Below are positions 48,610 through 58,620 of a DNA stretch of 64,000 nucleotides, in pieces; position 1 is the stretch's first letter, and the number at the start of each line of letters is the position of its first letter. Origin of the DNA: Candidatus Nomurabacteria bacterium (GTDB taxonomy: Bacteria; Patescibacteriota; Minisyncoccia; Phycocordibacterales; UBA9973); NCBI GenBank assembly GCA_026396015.1, contig JAPLXP010000003.1:176974-240973 (forward strand), read 5' to 3'. The position numbers and the translations under genes were made by a program. Below the pieces are notes generated by a model. It was not told where the DNA came from and did not search any database. It saw only the letters and a program-made list of their open reading frames with translations.

Positions 48610-49581
48610 ATGTTCATAGATGAAATTACAATTGAAGCAAAGGCAGGCCGCGGTGGAGACGGGGTTGTTCGCTGGCGTCGTGAAAAATACATCGACAAAG
48701 GAGGTCCAAATGGTGGCGACGGAGGACGCGGTGCTGATATATTTGCTATTGCTGTTCAGGATATTCATCTTCTATCTAAATACAAGAATAAGAGAAAGTT
48801 TGAATCCGATCGTGGTGATGATGGAGAGGGCGGAAGTCGTCAAGGTTCAAGTGGAGAAACTCTCTATATAGAATTCCCTGTTGGATCAATCATAACAAAT
48901 GTCGAGAGTGGTGCATCTGTATCACTCGAGACTGTAGGTCAAAAGGAACTCCTGTTGAAGGGTGGCCCTGGTGGTTATGGTAATGAACAATTCAAGAGTA
49001 GTATTAATGTCACTCCGACTACAGCTACAAAAGGTAAGCCCGGAGAAGAAGGGCATTTTCATATTGAGCTCGAACTATTCGCAGACATTGGTCTAGTGGG
49101 TCTTCCTAATGCAGGTAAGTCTTCAATGCTCAATGCAATGACAAATGCCAAGGCAAAGATCGGTTCATACCAATTCACAACACTCGATCCAAACCTCGGA
49201 GATTTTTATGGATACATCATTGCTGATATTCCAGGTCTTATCGAAGGTGCTTCAGAGGGGAAGGGGTTGGGTGTAAAATTCCTAAAGCATATCAAACGTA
49301 CAAAGATGCTCGCGCATCTTGTGTCTTTTGAAAATGAAGACATGATGAAGACATACAATGAGATCCGTAATGAGCTCGCTTCATATGATGAAGAATTGAT
49401 CAATAAAGATGAAGTGATAATCCTGACCAAAACTGACGCAGTAGAAGATCAGAAAGTTATCGAGAAGATGAAGAAGCAATTCGAGAAGCTCGGCAAGCCA
49501 GTATTCACAATGTCCCTATACGATGATGCTTCGGTGAAGCATGTCAGTGATGAGTTGGTAAAAATTTTAAATAAGAAATAG
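48610..49581 (+). CDS. obg: GTPase Obg
   Basis: Gly-rich Obg fold N-terminus (GRGGDGVVRWRREKYIDKGGPNGGDGGRG) plus G domain GLPNAGKSS. Confidence 0.9.
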   Translation: MFIDEITIEAKAGRGGDGVVRWRREKYIDKGGPNGGDGGRGADIFAIAVQDIHLLSKYKNKRKFESDRGDDGEGGSRQGSSGETLYIEFPVGSIITNVESGASVSLETVGQKELLLKGGPGGYGNEQFKSSINVTPTTATKGKPGEEGHFHIELELFADIGLVGLPNAGKSSMLNAMTNAKAKIGSYQFTTLDPNLGDFYGYIIADIPGLIEGASEGKGLGVKFLKHIKRTKMLAHLVSFENEDMMKTYNEIRNELASYDEELINKDEVIILTKTDAVEDQKVIEKMKKQFEKLGKPVFTMSLYDDASVKHVSDELVKILNKK

Positions 49582-49686
49582 TAGGAGGGAATCTCTCCTT
49601 ACAGGAGCCGTACATCTTTTCCATTCGCAAGCTCATACGGAAAATATTTTCGCTCCCTCCACACAAGCAAAGCAGTTTGCTTGCTA

Positions 49687-49736
49687 TGGGGCACATATTA
49701 AAAAAACCGCATAAAGCGGTTTTTTTAATATGTGCC
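49687..49736. terminator. perfect 25-bp-arm inverted repeat / bidirectional terminator that includes the 3' end of tRNA-Lys
   Basis: atggggcacatattaaaaaaaccgc ATAA gcggtttttttaatatgtgccccat; right arm overlaps the tRNA-Lys acceptor 3' strand. Confidence 0.7.
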
Positions 49737-49805
49737 CCATGGAGGGATCGAACCTCCGACCGTCTCCTTAAGAGGGAGCTGCTCTACCAGCTGAGCTAAC
49801 AGGGC
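49733..49805 (-). tRNA. tRNA-Lys (anticodon CTT)
   Basis: Acceptor gccctgt/atggggc (two GU pairs), D-arm gctc-agctggta-gagc, anticodon loop cuCUUaa, T-arm ggaggttcgatccctcc. One mismatch at the base of the anticodon stem. Confidence 0.7.
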
Positions 49806-49814
49806 ATAACGAAT

Positions 49815-50030
49815 TTAAAACATTAAACTAAACTATTTACCATGTATTCTGTTATTTACCAAAACAGCGTAACAAGGCTTATCTAAACTTAAAACATTAA
49901 ACTAAACTATTTACCATGTATTCTGTTATTTACCAAAACAGCGTAACAAGGCTTATCTAAACTTAAAACATTAAACTAAACTATTTACCATGTATTCTGT
50001 TATTTACCAAAACAGCTAACAGGGCGTAAA
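49815..50030. repeat. tandem direct repeat, 74-bp unit x ~3
   Basis: Unit ttaaaacattaaactaaactatttaccatgtattctgttatttaccaaaacagcgtaacaaggcttatctaaac at 49815, 49889, 49963. Last copy diverges to cagctaacagggc, which is identical to the tRNA-Lys 5' end. Confidence 0.8.
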
Positions 50031-50122
50031 AGTTAAAAAATATTTAACTCTGTCATTATTGCAGAAAAAGCTATTTTTGTAAATAGTGTTTGCTTTTCTT
50101 TGTAAAGGAGTATAATTAGTGT

Positions 50123-50470
50123 ATGGTAAATAATTTTGAAAAAGTAGCTTCTTCGGAGGGTAAAAAAACCGAAAATATTAAAGTAGGTATTCCAGATCAA
50201 AATTTTCATAAATATCATGAGTCAAGAAAACTTGATGCTGTAAATGAAAAACTTTTCGGTGTGGAAAATAAGATAAAAGAAGAATATCTTGAGATTATAG
50301 AAAAAATTAATAAGGTATATGAAGATTGTGGTGATGAACTTGTTAAAAAAATATCTAAAGAAAAACGGGCTGAACTAACTGAATTAAGAAAACAAAAAGA
50401 GGAAAAAGTAAAGCTCTTAGAAGATATACAAAGACAAGGGGGTATAGCTGAAAATAAGGGTGATTGTTAA
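50123..50470 (+). CDS. hypothetical coiled-coil protein
   Basis: 115-aa Lys/Glu-rich ORF; no motif. Confidence 0.3.
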   Translation: MVNNFEKVASSEGKKTENIKVGIPDQNFHKYHESRKLDAVNEKLFGVENKIKEEYLEIIEKINKVYEDCGDELVKKISKEKRAELTELRKQKEEKVKLLEDIQRQGGIAENKGDC

Positions 50471-50597
50471 TTTATCTAAGGATATTTTATGCAGTAGGCC
50501 TGAATTAAAAGTCGCAAGAAATGATGAACATAATGATGGTCATTATTAACCCAAAATAAGCCTATTTATAGGCTTATTTTAGTCTATAGATAAATGC

Positions 50598-50625
50598 TTG
50601 ACTTTATTTTCTGGATGTATATAAT
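50598..50625 (+). promoter_or_regulatory. candidate rRNA promoter TTGACT-N16-TATAAT
   Basis: Consensus hexamers ~255 nt upstream of the 16S 5' end. Confidence 0.45.
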
Positions 50626-50881
50626 AGGGTTCACAGTCTGGTAAGTTATCCGGCTGTTTTAATTTCTTTGAAAAGTTAATAGGTTGGCTCAATCATCATT
50701 TCAATGATTGGGCAAAAAATGCAAATAATCAAAGCAAGCAAGTTAACCGTAAATCACTCGATAGTGATAGGTTAAGAAATGTCCGCATTATTCTTTCCGG
50801 AGTAATAGCGAGACAATAGTAAGTCAGTTTGGAAGAAATAAAATACTGTAAAGTATTCTTTATTTTGTTCCGTTCTATTTT

Positions 50882-52482
<1,601 letters not shown>

Positions 52483-52737
52483 ATTTGAAATTAATCGATG
52501 TATTCTATTTATAGATGCAAAGATCTTATTGAGTCGATATTGTATAGCTCAATTGACTATACAATTGCTGCGTACTACAGCATAGCGAAGTACTGACATC
52601 TGGGAAAGACCAGAATCAAAAAATACGAACGGAACAAAATAAAGAATATTTTCAAAACTTCTATTTGTTTGATTGATTAAAGCATTTATACTCTGTCTAT
52701 ATGACATGGTGCAACCTATTAATTCTAAATGAAACAA

Positions 52738-52772
52738 TAAAAAAAATCCCAACAAATGTTGGGATTTTTTTT
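52738..52772 (+). terminator. rho-independent terminator (atcccaacaaatgttgggat + T8)
   Basis: Follows the 16S 3' processing stem; no 23S follows. Confidence 0.75.
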
Positions 52773-52831
52773 ATTGTTGATTTATTTTAAAATGATATAA
52801 TTAAAACAATTATTTAATTATTATTTTATTC

Positions 52832-54481
52832 ATGAAAAAATTTTATTCAGCTTTATTGATTTTGCTTTTAGTTATTGTTCTTGTTCCCACTAAATCTTTT
52901 GCTAGTTCTACTTGGGTTGATGTGTCTTCAGCAGGATCTGGTGCTTGGCAGGCTGTGGCGTCTTCATCTAATGGTACAAAATTAGTCGCAATTGTTTATG
53001 GCGGTGGAATATATACCTCTTCAGATAGTGGTGTGACTTGGGCGCCTCAATCTTCTGCTGGAAATAGAAATTGGAAGAACGTAGCATCTTCATCAGATGG
53101 TACAAAATTGGTCGCCACTGCTTATGGTGGTGATATTTATACCTCTACAAATAGTGGTGTAACTTGGGTAGATCAAACTACATCTGGTGCTCGTAACTGG
53201 AATGGGTTAGCTGTGTCTTCTGATGGATCAAAAATTGTCGCTGCTGTTTATGGTGGTGATATTTATACTTCTACTAATGGTGGTGTTGACTGGACTGATA
53301 GAGTTTCTGCTGGAGTGTCAAATTGGAATACTATAGCTGCCTCTTCTGATGGTGTTAATATTGTTGCTGGTATTTTTGGTGGTTATTTATCTACTTCAAA
53401 TGATGGAGGTGCTACTTGGTCTATACAAAATTCTTCTGGTTCAAGAAATTGGTTTTCATTAGCTTCTTCATCTGATGGTACAAAATTAGCTGCAGTTGAA
53501 TATGGTGGTGGAATTTATACCTCTACTGATAGTGGTGTAACTTGGGTAAATAAAACTTCCGCTGGTAATCATAATTGGAAAAGTATTGCTATTTCGGATG
53601 ATTTATCAAGATTAATTGCTGTTGCATATAGTGTGGATTATGTTTATCTTTCTATAGATGGTGGTTTAACATGGATACGTCAAGACTCTGCAGGTGCTAG
53701 TTACTGGCAATATGTAACAGCATCTTCTGATTTTACTAATGTGGTTTCTCTTGTTTATGGTGGTGATATTTATCATGGATTATTTACTTTTCTTCCTGTT
53801 GTGTCAACTGGATCTTCCTCAAGTACAACATTAGATTCTACTGTTCTATCTGGATCAATAAATTTTTCTGGAGGTGAGAATAATACTGTCAGAGGTATAA
53901 ATTATGGTCTTACTTCTAGTTATGGTTCTGTTGTTTCTGAAATTGGCTCATACGGAGCAGGGACTTTTAACTTGAATGTTACAGGTCTTACTTGTGCTAC
54001 TACATACCACTATTCAGCTTTTTCTACAAATGGTGTAGGTACTAGTACGGGTTCTGATTCTACTTTTGATACATTACCTTGCCCAGTTCATCATTCTGGT
54101 GGTCATCCACCAATAATTACTTCTTCTGGAGGAGGTGGTGCACCAGTTGTGACAGATATTATAGTTCCTACAGTTGTGATCCCTCCTGCGCCAGTTGAAA
54201 ATAAGATTATTTTAAATAATGTTGTTACTAGTTCTTCTTCATCATCAAATAAACTCTCAAAGCATTTAAATATAAATATGAAGGATCCAGAGGTTAAAAT
54301 ACTACAACAATTTTTAATCGATCAAAATAAAGGGTCAAAATCTAAATTGATTTACTTGAGTAATTCTTTCGGACCAAAAACAAAATCTGCACTTGTTGAA
54401 TGGCAAAAATCTGCAGGATTGGAATCTGACGGAGTATTGGGACCCGAGACTAGATCAAAGATAAACGATATTTTAAAATAA
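52832..54481 (+). CDS. secreted BNR/Asp-box beta-propeller protein with FN3-like module and C-terminal peptidoglycan-binding domain
   Basis: Signal peptide. ~7 repeats SAG..NW...A.SSDGTKLVA..YGG.IYTS..SGVTW (Asp-box S.D.G.TW). C-terminal PG_binding_1-like LVEWQKSAGLESDGVLGPET. Confidence 0.6.
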   Translation: MKKFYSALLILLLVIVLVPTKSFASSTWVDVSSAGSGAWQAVASSSNGTKLVAIVYGGGIYTSSDSGVTWAPQSSAGNRNWKNVASSSDGTKLVATAYGGDIYTSTNSGVTWVDQTTSGARNWNGLAVSSDGSKIVAAVYGGDIYTSTNGGVDWTDRVSAGVSNWNTIAASSDGVNIVAGIFGGYLSTSNDGGATWSIQNSSGSRNWFSLASSSDGTKLAAVEYGGGIYTSTDSGVTWVNKTSAGNHNWKSIAISDDLSRLIAVAYSVDYVYLSIDGGLTWIRQDSAGASYWQYVTASSDFTNVVSLVYGGDIYHGLFTFLPVVSTGSSSSTTLDSTVLSGSINFSGGENNTVRGINYGLTSSYGSVVSEIGSYGAGTFNLNVTGLTCATTYHYSAFSTNGVGTSTGSDSTFDTLPCPVHHSGGHPPIITSSGGGGAPVVTDIIVPTVVIPPAPVENKIILNNVVTSSSSSSNKLSKHLNINMKDPEVKILQQFLIDQNKGSKSKLIYLSNSFGPKTKSALVEWQKSAGLESDGVLGPETRSKINDILK

Positions 54482-54490
54482 TAATGAATT

Positions 54491-54529
54491 AAAAAGAGCG
54501 CAACCGTAGGTTGCGCTCTTTGCCTTTTT
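54491..54529. terminator. bidirectional terminator (aagagcgcaaccgtaggttgcgctctt)
   Basis: Perfect 12-bp stem between convergent genes. Confidence 0.7.
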
Positions 54530-54538
54530 ATATAAAGG

Positions 54539-56095
54539 CTATTTTTTTTGTAACTTCATAATATTGTCTCCAATCTTTATAAAGTAAAATCCTGTTGGAT
54601 AATTACTCATATCGATTTGATTATTATTACTATTACCAATTAAAACTGATTTTCCTTGAGAATTAAAAATCTCATAGTTTAAATCAGAGGAAATGTGTAA
54701 AATGTCATTAACTGGATTTGGGTATATTCCAAATTCTTTAGAATTAGAATTCTCTAATATTCCTGTGGTCCAGCTGCCTAATTGAATTGTCATTACATTT
54801 GAAGTAAATTGAGTACCCCTACTATCAGTACCTTTTATTCTTGTATACACAATTCCGTTCTGCCTGAAATCAGTATTAATACTGATTTCACCACTCACAT
54901 TGGTGATTTGGATATTTGGTGGTGTTCCTTGGGAAATATTAAAATTTTGATCAGAAGACCATTCTTGCCATACTACAGCTGTAGTATTCGGCATTAAGGT
55001 GTAATCAAGTATTGTTTCCCCAGTAGTGTAGTTGCTGTTGATACATTTCTTTATGGTTAAAGTAAATGCATTAGGTGTAACCTTTGAAGTTTTCTTGCTT
55101 AATTTTACACCCCAGTTTCCTCCCTTGGAATTCGCTGTGTAAGGTTGGAACCAATACAATGTATTGGTGTCCAATCCTAGAATCACTTTTGTGCTCTTTT
55201 GAATAGAATCTCCAGTGAATGAAACAGTATCAGTATATTTATAGTTTGTAGTTCCGTCCTTCCAGTATTTTATGTACTGATAAGATTGAAGACTAAAACC
55301 TACAATATTAGTCTCAACTGTAATTTTATCTGATTGCTCAGAAAGGTTGGTAATTTCACCGGTCGCAGGTTGAGATACTACATAGTATCCAGACCGCATA
55401 GGTGTGATTGAGTCACGGCCTCCAAGGCTCGATGTTTTAATACCACAGGCTATAGTAGTCTGTGAGGGTATTGTACCAAAGCTAACAGTGAATGGCTTAT
55501 TGTCTAATACCGTGTAAGTGTTCTTTTTGAAAAGTTCACTTCCATTGAAAGTATTATAAACTTTAGTACTATCACTAGTGCCAAAAGTCGATACTATGGT
55601 ACTTAACCCACCAGTCTCTACTTTTATTGTAGCAGTTACTCTGCCAGCAGAGTCAATACTCGGGTTTGTTACCCAAGAAATTCTTGGCTTCATAAGTGAA
55701 TCAGCAATTAGAATGTTACAAATCGAATTTGATTTGTATGTTATATTCTGAATTTTGATTCTTGCTTGAATGCATATCAGCCCTCTCGGAAGTCCACCTA
55801 AACTCTTGGCTTCAATGATGGAATCATTGATGCTTTGAACGGTGTCGTTACCGATGCGTGTGTACCCATAAATAGGGTAGAAGGCGGATGTGTCCTGTGT
55901 AGGAAAATATCCAACCATAATTTCAACAGTGGAGTCAGTTTTACTTGACTTCCAGTTGATTGAGTAACTAACTTTCTTTATTCCACCATTTGCAGAAAAA
56001 AGAGTTACGTTTTGGGCGTTAGCCGATGCTCCAGCCATGATTATTCCAATCACAGCGAGCAAAAAGATACTGATTTTATTTTTCATTGTTTTCAA
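54539..56095 (-). CDS. secreted beta-rich protein with T9SS-type (Por_Secre_tail-like) C-terminal sorting domain
   Basis: Signal peptide. C-terminal ~70 aa GIYPNPVNDILHISSDLNYEIFNSQGKSVLIG....IDMSNYPTGFYFIKIGDNIMKLQKK matches the hallmark YPNP...GK.V....L..G.Y....K pattern. Confidence 0.55.
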   Translation of the reverse strand: MKTMKNKISIFLLAVIGIIMAGASANAQNVTLFSANGGIKKVSYSINWKSSKTDSTVEIMVGYFPTQDTSAFYPIYGYTRIGNDTVQSINDSIIEAKSLGGLPRGLICIQARIKIQNITYKSNSICNILIADSLMKPRISWVTNPSIDSAGRVTATIKVETGGLSTIVSTFGTSDSTKVYNTFNGSELFKKNTYTVLDNKPFTVSFGTIPSQTTIACGIKTSSLGGRDSITPMRSGYYVVSQPATGEITNLSEQSDKITVETNIVGFSLQSYQYIKYWKDGTTNYKYTDTVSFTGDSIQKSTKVILGLDTNTLYWFQPYTANSKGGNWGVKLSKKTSKVTPNAFTLTIKKCINSNYTTGETILDYTLMPNTTAVVWQEWSSDQNFNISQGTPPNIQITNVSGEISINTDFRQNGIVYTRIKGTDSRGTQFTSNVMTIQLGSWTTGILENSNSKEFGIYPNPVNDILHISSDLNYEIFNSQGKSVLIGNSNNNQIDMSNYPTGFYFIKIGDNIMKLQKK

Positions 56096-56145
56096 ATATT
56101 TAGTACTATTATAGCAGATTAATTCTTATTTGTCAATATATATAC

Positions 56146-56175
56146 TTGACAAAATGGTATTGATTGTGATATAAT
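56146..56175 (+). promoter_or_regulatory. sigma70-type promoter TTGACA-N18-TATAAT
   Basis: Consensus hexamers upstream of ORF 56224. Confidence 0.5.
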
Positions 56176-56223
56176 ACAAGTGTAATTAAAAAGGCCGAAA
56201 TTAAAGGTTTTTTATCAAAATAT

Positions 56224-57702
56224 ATGAAAAATACAATGAACAAAACAATAGTATCAATATTTGCTATTTTAGCATTTGTTTTTATGGCACCTAATATATA
56301 CGCAGCTTCTGTATCTACTGCTGGGGTATCAAATATAACTCAGACTTCTGCTACAGTTAGTGGTACCTACTCTCTAGGTTCAAATTATGCCGAGGTATAT
56401 TTTGAATATGCTGATAACTCAGGATTCTACGGATCAAAGAGTACTACTCATTCTGTATATACTTCATCTGCATCAACATTTGCAAACATAACAGGTCTAA
56501 ATCCAAATACTACTTATTACTATCGATTAATCTCAGAAGGTAGTATGTATGAATCAGGTGGGACTCTATATTTCAAAACACTATCAAGTAATATTGACTT
56601 GCCATTATCTGCTATGACTGCCGGCGCGAAAGACATCAGTACGAATTCTGCAACTATCTCAGGAGTAATTTCAAATGCTCCATCTAGTGTATGGTTTGAG
56701 TATGGAAAGACAACATCACTAGGTAATACTCTGCCTGCTTCAACTACTACATTGGGTAACTCAACAACAGCTACTGCCAATCTTTCAAACCTAGAAGCAA
56801 ATACTACATATTATTACCGTGTGGGAGCTTTGAATTCAGTCGGTCAATCAAATGGAAGTATTTTATATTTCACAACTTTGAAAAATGGAGGTAGTACAGG
56901 TCCATGTGTGATTACTTCATTTACATCAAATACAAATTCTGTTTATGCTGGGTCACCTGTAACATTGTCATGGGTGACTACTGGTTGTACATATTTAAAC
57001 TTTGGTCAATCTGGTGGAGCATCATTCCCAATGTCAGGATCTGCTACCGTGACACTCAGCACTACTTCGACTTATACACTCTATGCATACGGTACGAATA
57101 ATAATGATACAAAATCTGTGACTATCACTGTCGTAAATAACGGAGAGGGAAACAATGGTGGATGGAATGGTGGTTGTGGAAATTATAACTGTAATCCACC
57201 ATGTAGTTATAGTTGCAACACTTGTAATTACAATTGTGGTGGAACCAACAATGATTGTTCTTGGTATGATTATTCCTGCAATAGAAATTTAAATAATTAT
57301 GAACAAATTAGAGGTATGGTTACTTGCTCGGTCTGTTCTTCTTCATATTATCCAGTAAATTATTTACCATCAAATAGTTACAATGGTTACGTGAATAGTT
57401 CTGCAAATCAAAACAATAATTTAAATTCAGGTGGTAAAAATGGTATATATGATGTGTCTGCCAATAGTAAATCACTATTAGGGAATAATGCTAGTGCATC
57501 AGATGTTTCAAATGTTGATTCACAAAATTCAAATATAGATTCTAGTAATCTTGCAGCTGGTGCTGGCTTTGGTCTAGTTTCATTTTTACCTAGTACTCTC
57601 GTAGGATGGTTACTCTTTATTATATTTATTTTGTTTATAATCTTTATCGCAAGAAAACTTACTGCAAAGAAAAACAATAATGCACACGGTCACGCACACT
57701 AA
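56224..57702 (+). CDS. surface protein with FN3-like repeats, Cys-rich module and C-terminal TM anchor with basic tail
   Basis: Signal peptide, repeated TATVSG...L.PNTTYYYR FN3-like units, Cys-rich CGNYNCNPPCSYSCNTCNYNCGG, C-terminal LPSTLVGWLLFIIFILFIIFIARKLTAKK. Confidence 0.5.
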   Translation: MKNTMNKTIVSIFAILAFVFMAPNIYAASVSTAGVSNITQTSATVSGTYSLGSNYAEVYFEYADNSGFYGSKSTTHSVYTSSASTFANITGLNPNTTYYYRLISEGSMYESGGTLYFKTLSSNIDLPLSAMTAGAKDISTNSATISGVISNAPSSVWFEYGKTTSLGNTLPASTTTLGNSTTATANLSNLEANTTYYYRVGALNSVGQSNGSILYFTTLKNGGSTGPCVITSFTSNTNSVYAGSPVTLSWVTTGCTYLNFGQSGGASFPMSGSATVTLSTTSTYTLYAYGTNNNDTKSVTITVVNNGEGNNGGWNGGCGNYNCNPPCSYSCNTCNYNCGGTNNDCSWYDYSCNRNLNNYEQIRGMVTCSVCSSSYYPVNYLPSNSYNGYVNSSANQNNNLNSGGKNGIYDVSANSKSLLGNNASASDVSNVDSQNSNIDSSNLAAGAGFGLVSFLPSTLVGWLLFIIFILFIIFIARKLTAKKNNNAHGHAH

Positions 57703-57706
57703 ACAC

Positions 57707-57734
57707 TTGACAAATAATATAGATTTGCTATACT
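57707..57734 (+). promoter_or_regulatory. sigma70-type promoter TTGACA-N16-TATACT
   Basis: Drives a ~70-nt unit ending at terminator 57791-57812. Confidence 0.5.
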
Positions 57735-57740
57735 AGCATT

Positions 57741-57812
57741 GTGAGTGAAAGGGTTCCGATAATTTATAAAAACAAATGACTAGCAAAAAGCCACCGCAAG
57801 GTGGTTTTTTGT
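57741..57812 (+). ncRNA. candidate small transcript (promoter-to-terminator unit, ~70 nt)
   Basis: Bounded by a consensus promoter and the ccaccgcaaggtgg+T6 terminator. Could alternatively encode a 15-aa peptide MTSKKPPQGGFLFAV. Confidence 0.25.
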
Positions 57813-57874
57813 TTGCCGTGTAGTGTTTTATTTATATTTATATTATAATAGTATTCGTAGTCGCTTGTGTGTTC

Positions 57875-57976
57875 TAGTCAGCGGCTGCACTCACATAGTC
57901 ATTTGTGTTGGAGTCTAGCACCCGCTGACTTGAGCACAGAATATAAAATCACCACGATGAAAATCGTGGTGATTTT
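57875..57976 (+). ncRNA. candidate structured small RNA
   Basis: TATAAT at 57865-57870; tcagcgg...ccgctga long-range pairing; ends in terminator aaaatcaccacgatgaaaatcgtggtgatttt. Confidence 0.25.
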
Positions 57977-57999
57977 ATATTTAGTTTGTAGTCTGTATC

Positions 58000-58209
58000 G
58001 AAATAAAATAATTATTGAAAAAGTCTTGCGCAGGAGATTAGAAAATAAATGAGTTTACGAATATTATTTTCTTGATTGAGGGGATTAAATAAAAACTGCT
58101 TTTTATTTAATCCGGTTCGCGAAGCGAAATTGCCGATGCGAAGCAGGCAATAGGGAGAGATATTTTTCAACAGAAAAATATTCGTGCTTTTTGAAATAAG
58201 TTATTTTAT
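58000..58209. mobile_element. MITE-like dispersed repeat, copy iv (with ~75-nt nested insertion)
   Basis: Same modules as copy iii, interrupted at cttgattgag | gagagatat by gggattaaataaaaactgctttttatttaatccggttcgcgaagcgaaattgccgatgcgaagcaggcaatagg. Confidence 0.6.
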
Positions 58210-58491
58210 GTAGATAATTATTTGTTTATCTTGAAGATAATTATTTTATTTCGATGTAATTTTATTTTAATTAAAATATTTATTAAAAAAATAAAAAATA
58301 TTTTTTCTAAAAAAATTTAAAAATAAAAAGTTATCCACAGTTTTATTTAAAAAAGTATTGCACATATTTTTTATATATACGATAATGTAATTGTGAGTGT
58401 GATAAATTTTTTTATAAATTTATTTTATTTTAAAATTTTTTATAAGGTCGTATATCACACATCCTTTAAAAATTAATTTTTTTTTAAATAT

Positions 58492-58599
58492 ATGGCAGCA
58501 AAAAAGAAGGTAGTAAAAAAAGCAGTTAAAAAAGTTGTAAAGAAAGTTGCAAAGAAAGCAGTTAAGAAGGCTGTGAAGAAAGTTGCAAAGAAGAAGTAA
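58492..58599 (+). CDS. 35-aa lysine-rich basic peptide (histone H1-tail-like KKAVKK repeats)
   Basis: ATG 58492 to TAA 58597: MAAKKKVVKKAVKKVVKKVAKKAVKKAVKKVAKKK. Followed by terminator. Below the ORF-track size cutoff. Confidence 0.4.
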   Translation: MAAKKKVVKKAVKKVVKKVAKKAVKKAVKKVAKKK

Positions 58600-58620
58600 T
58601 TAACTTCTTTCAAAACCAAG

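Noticed and set aside
49815-50030. Possible CRISPR array
   Set aside because: The repeats are 74 bp and directly abutting with no unique spacers, and no cas genes are nearby; it is a tandem duplication, not a repeat-spacer array.
57867-58052. 61-aa ORF MCSSQRLHSHSH...
   Set aside because: It starts inside the -10 element, reads through a strong terminator hairpin and into the MITE copy; more likely a non-coding structured transcript.
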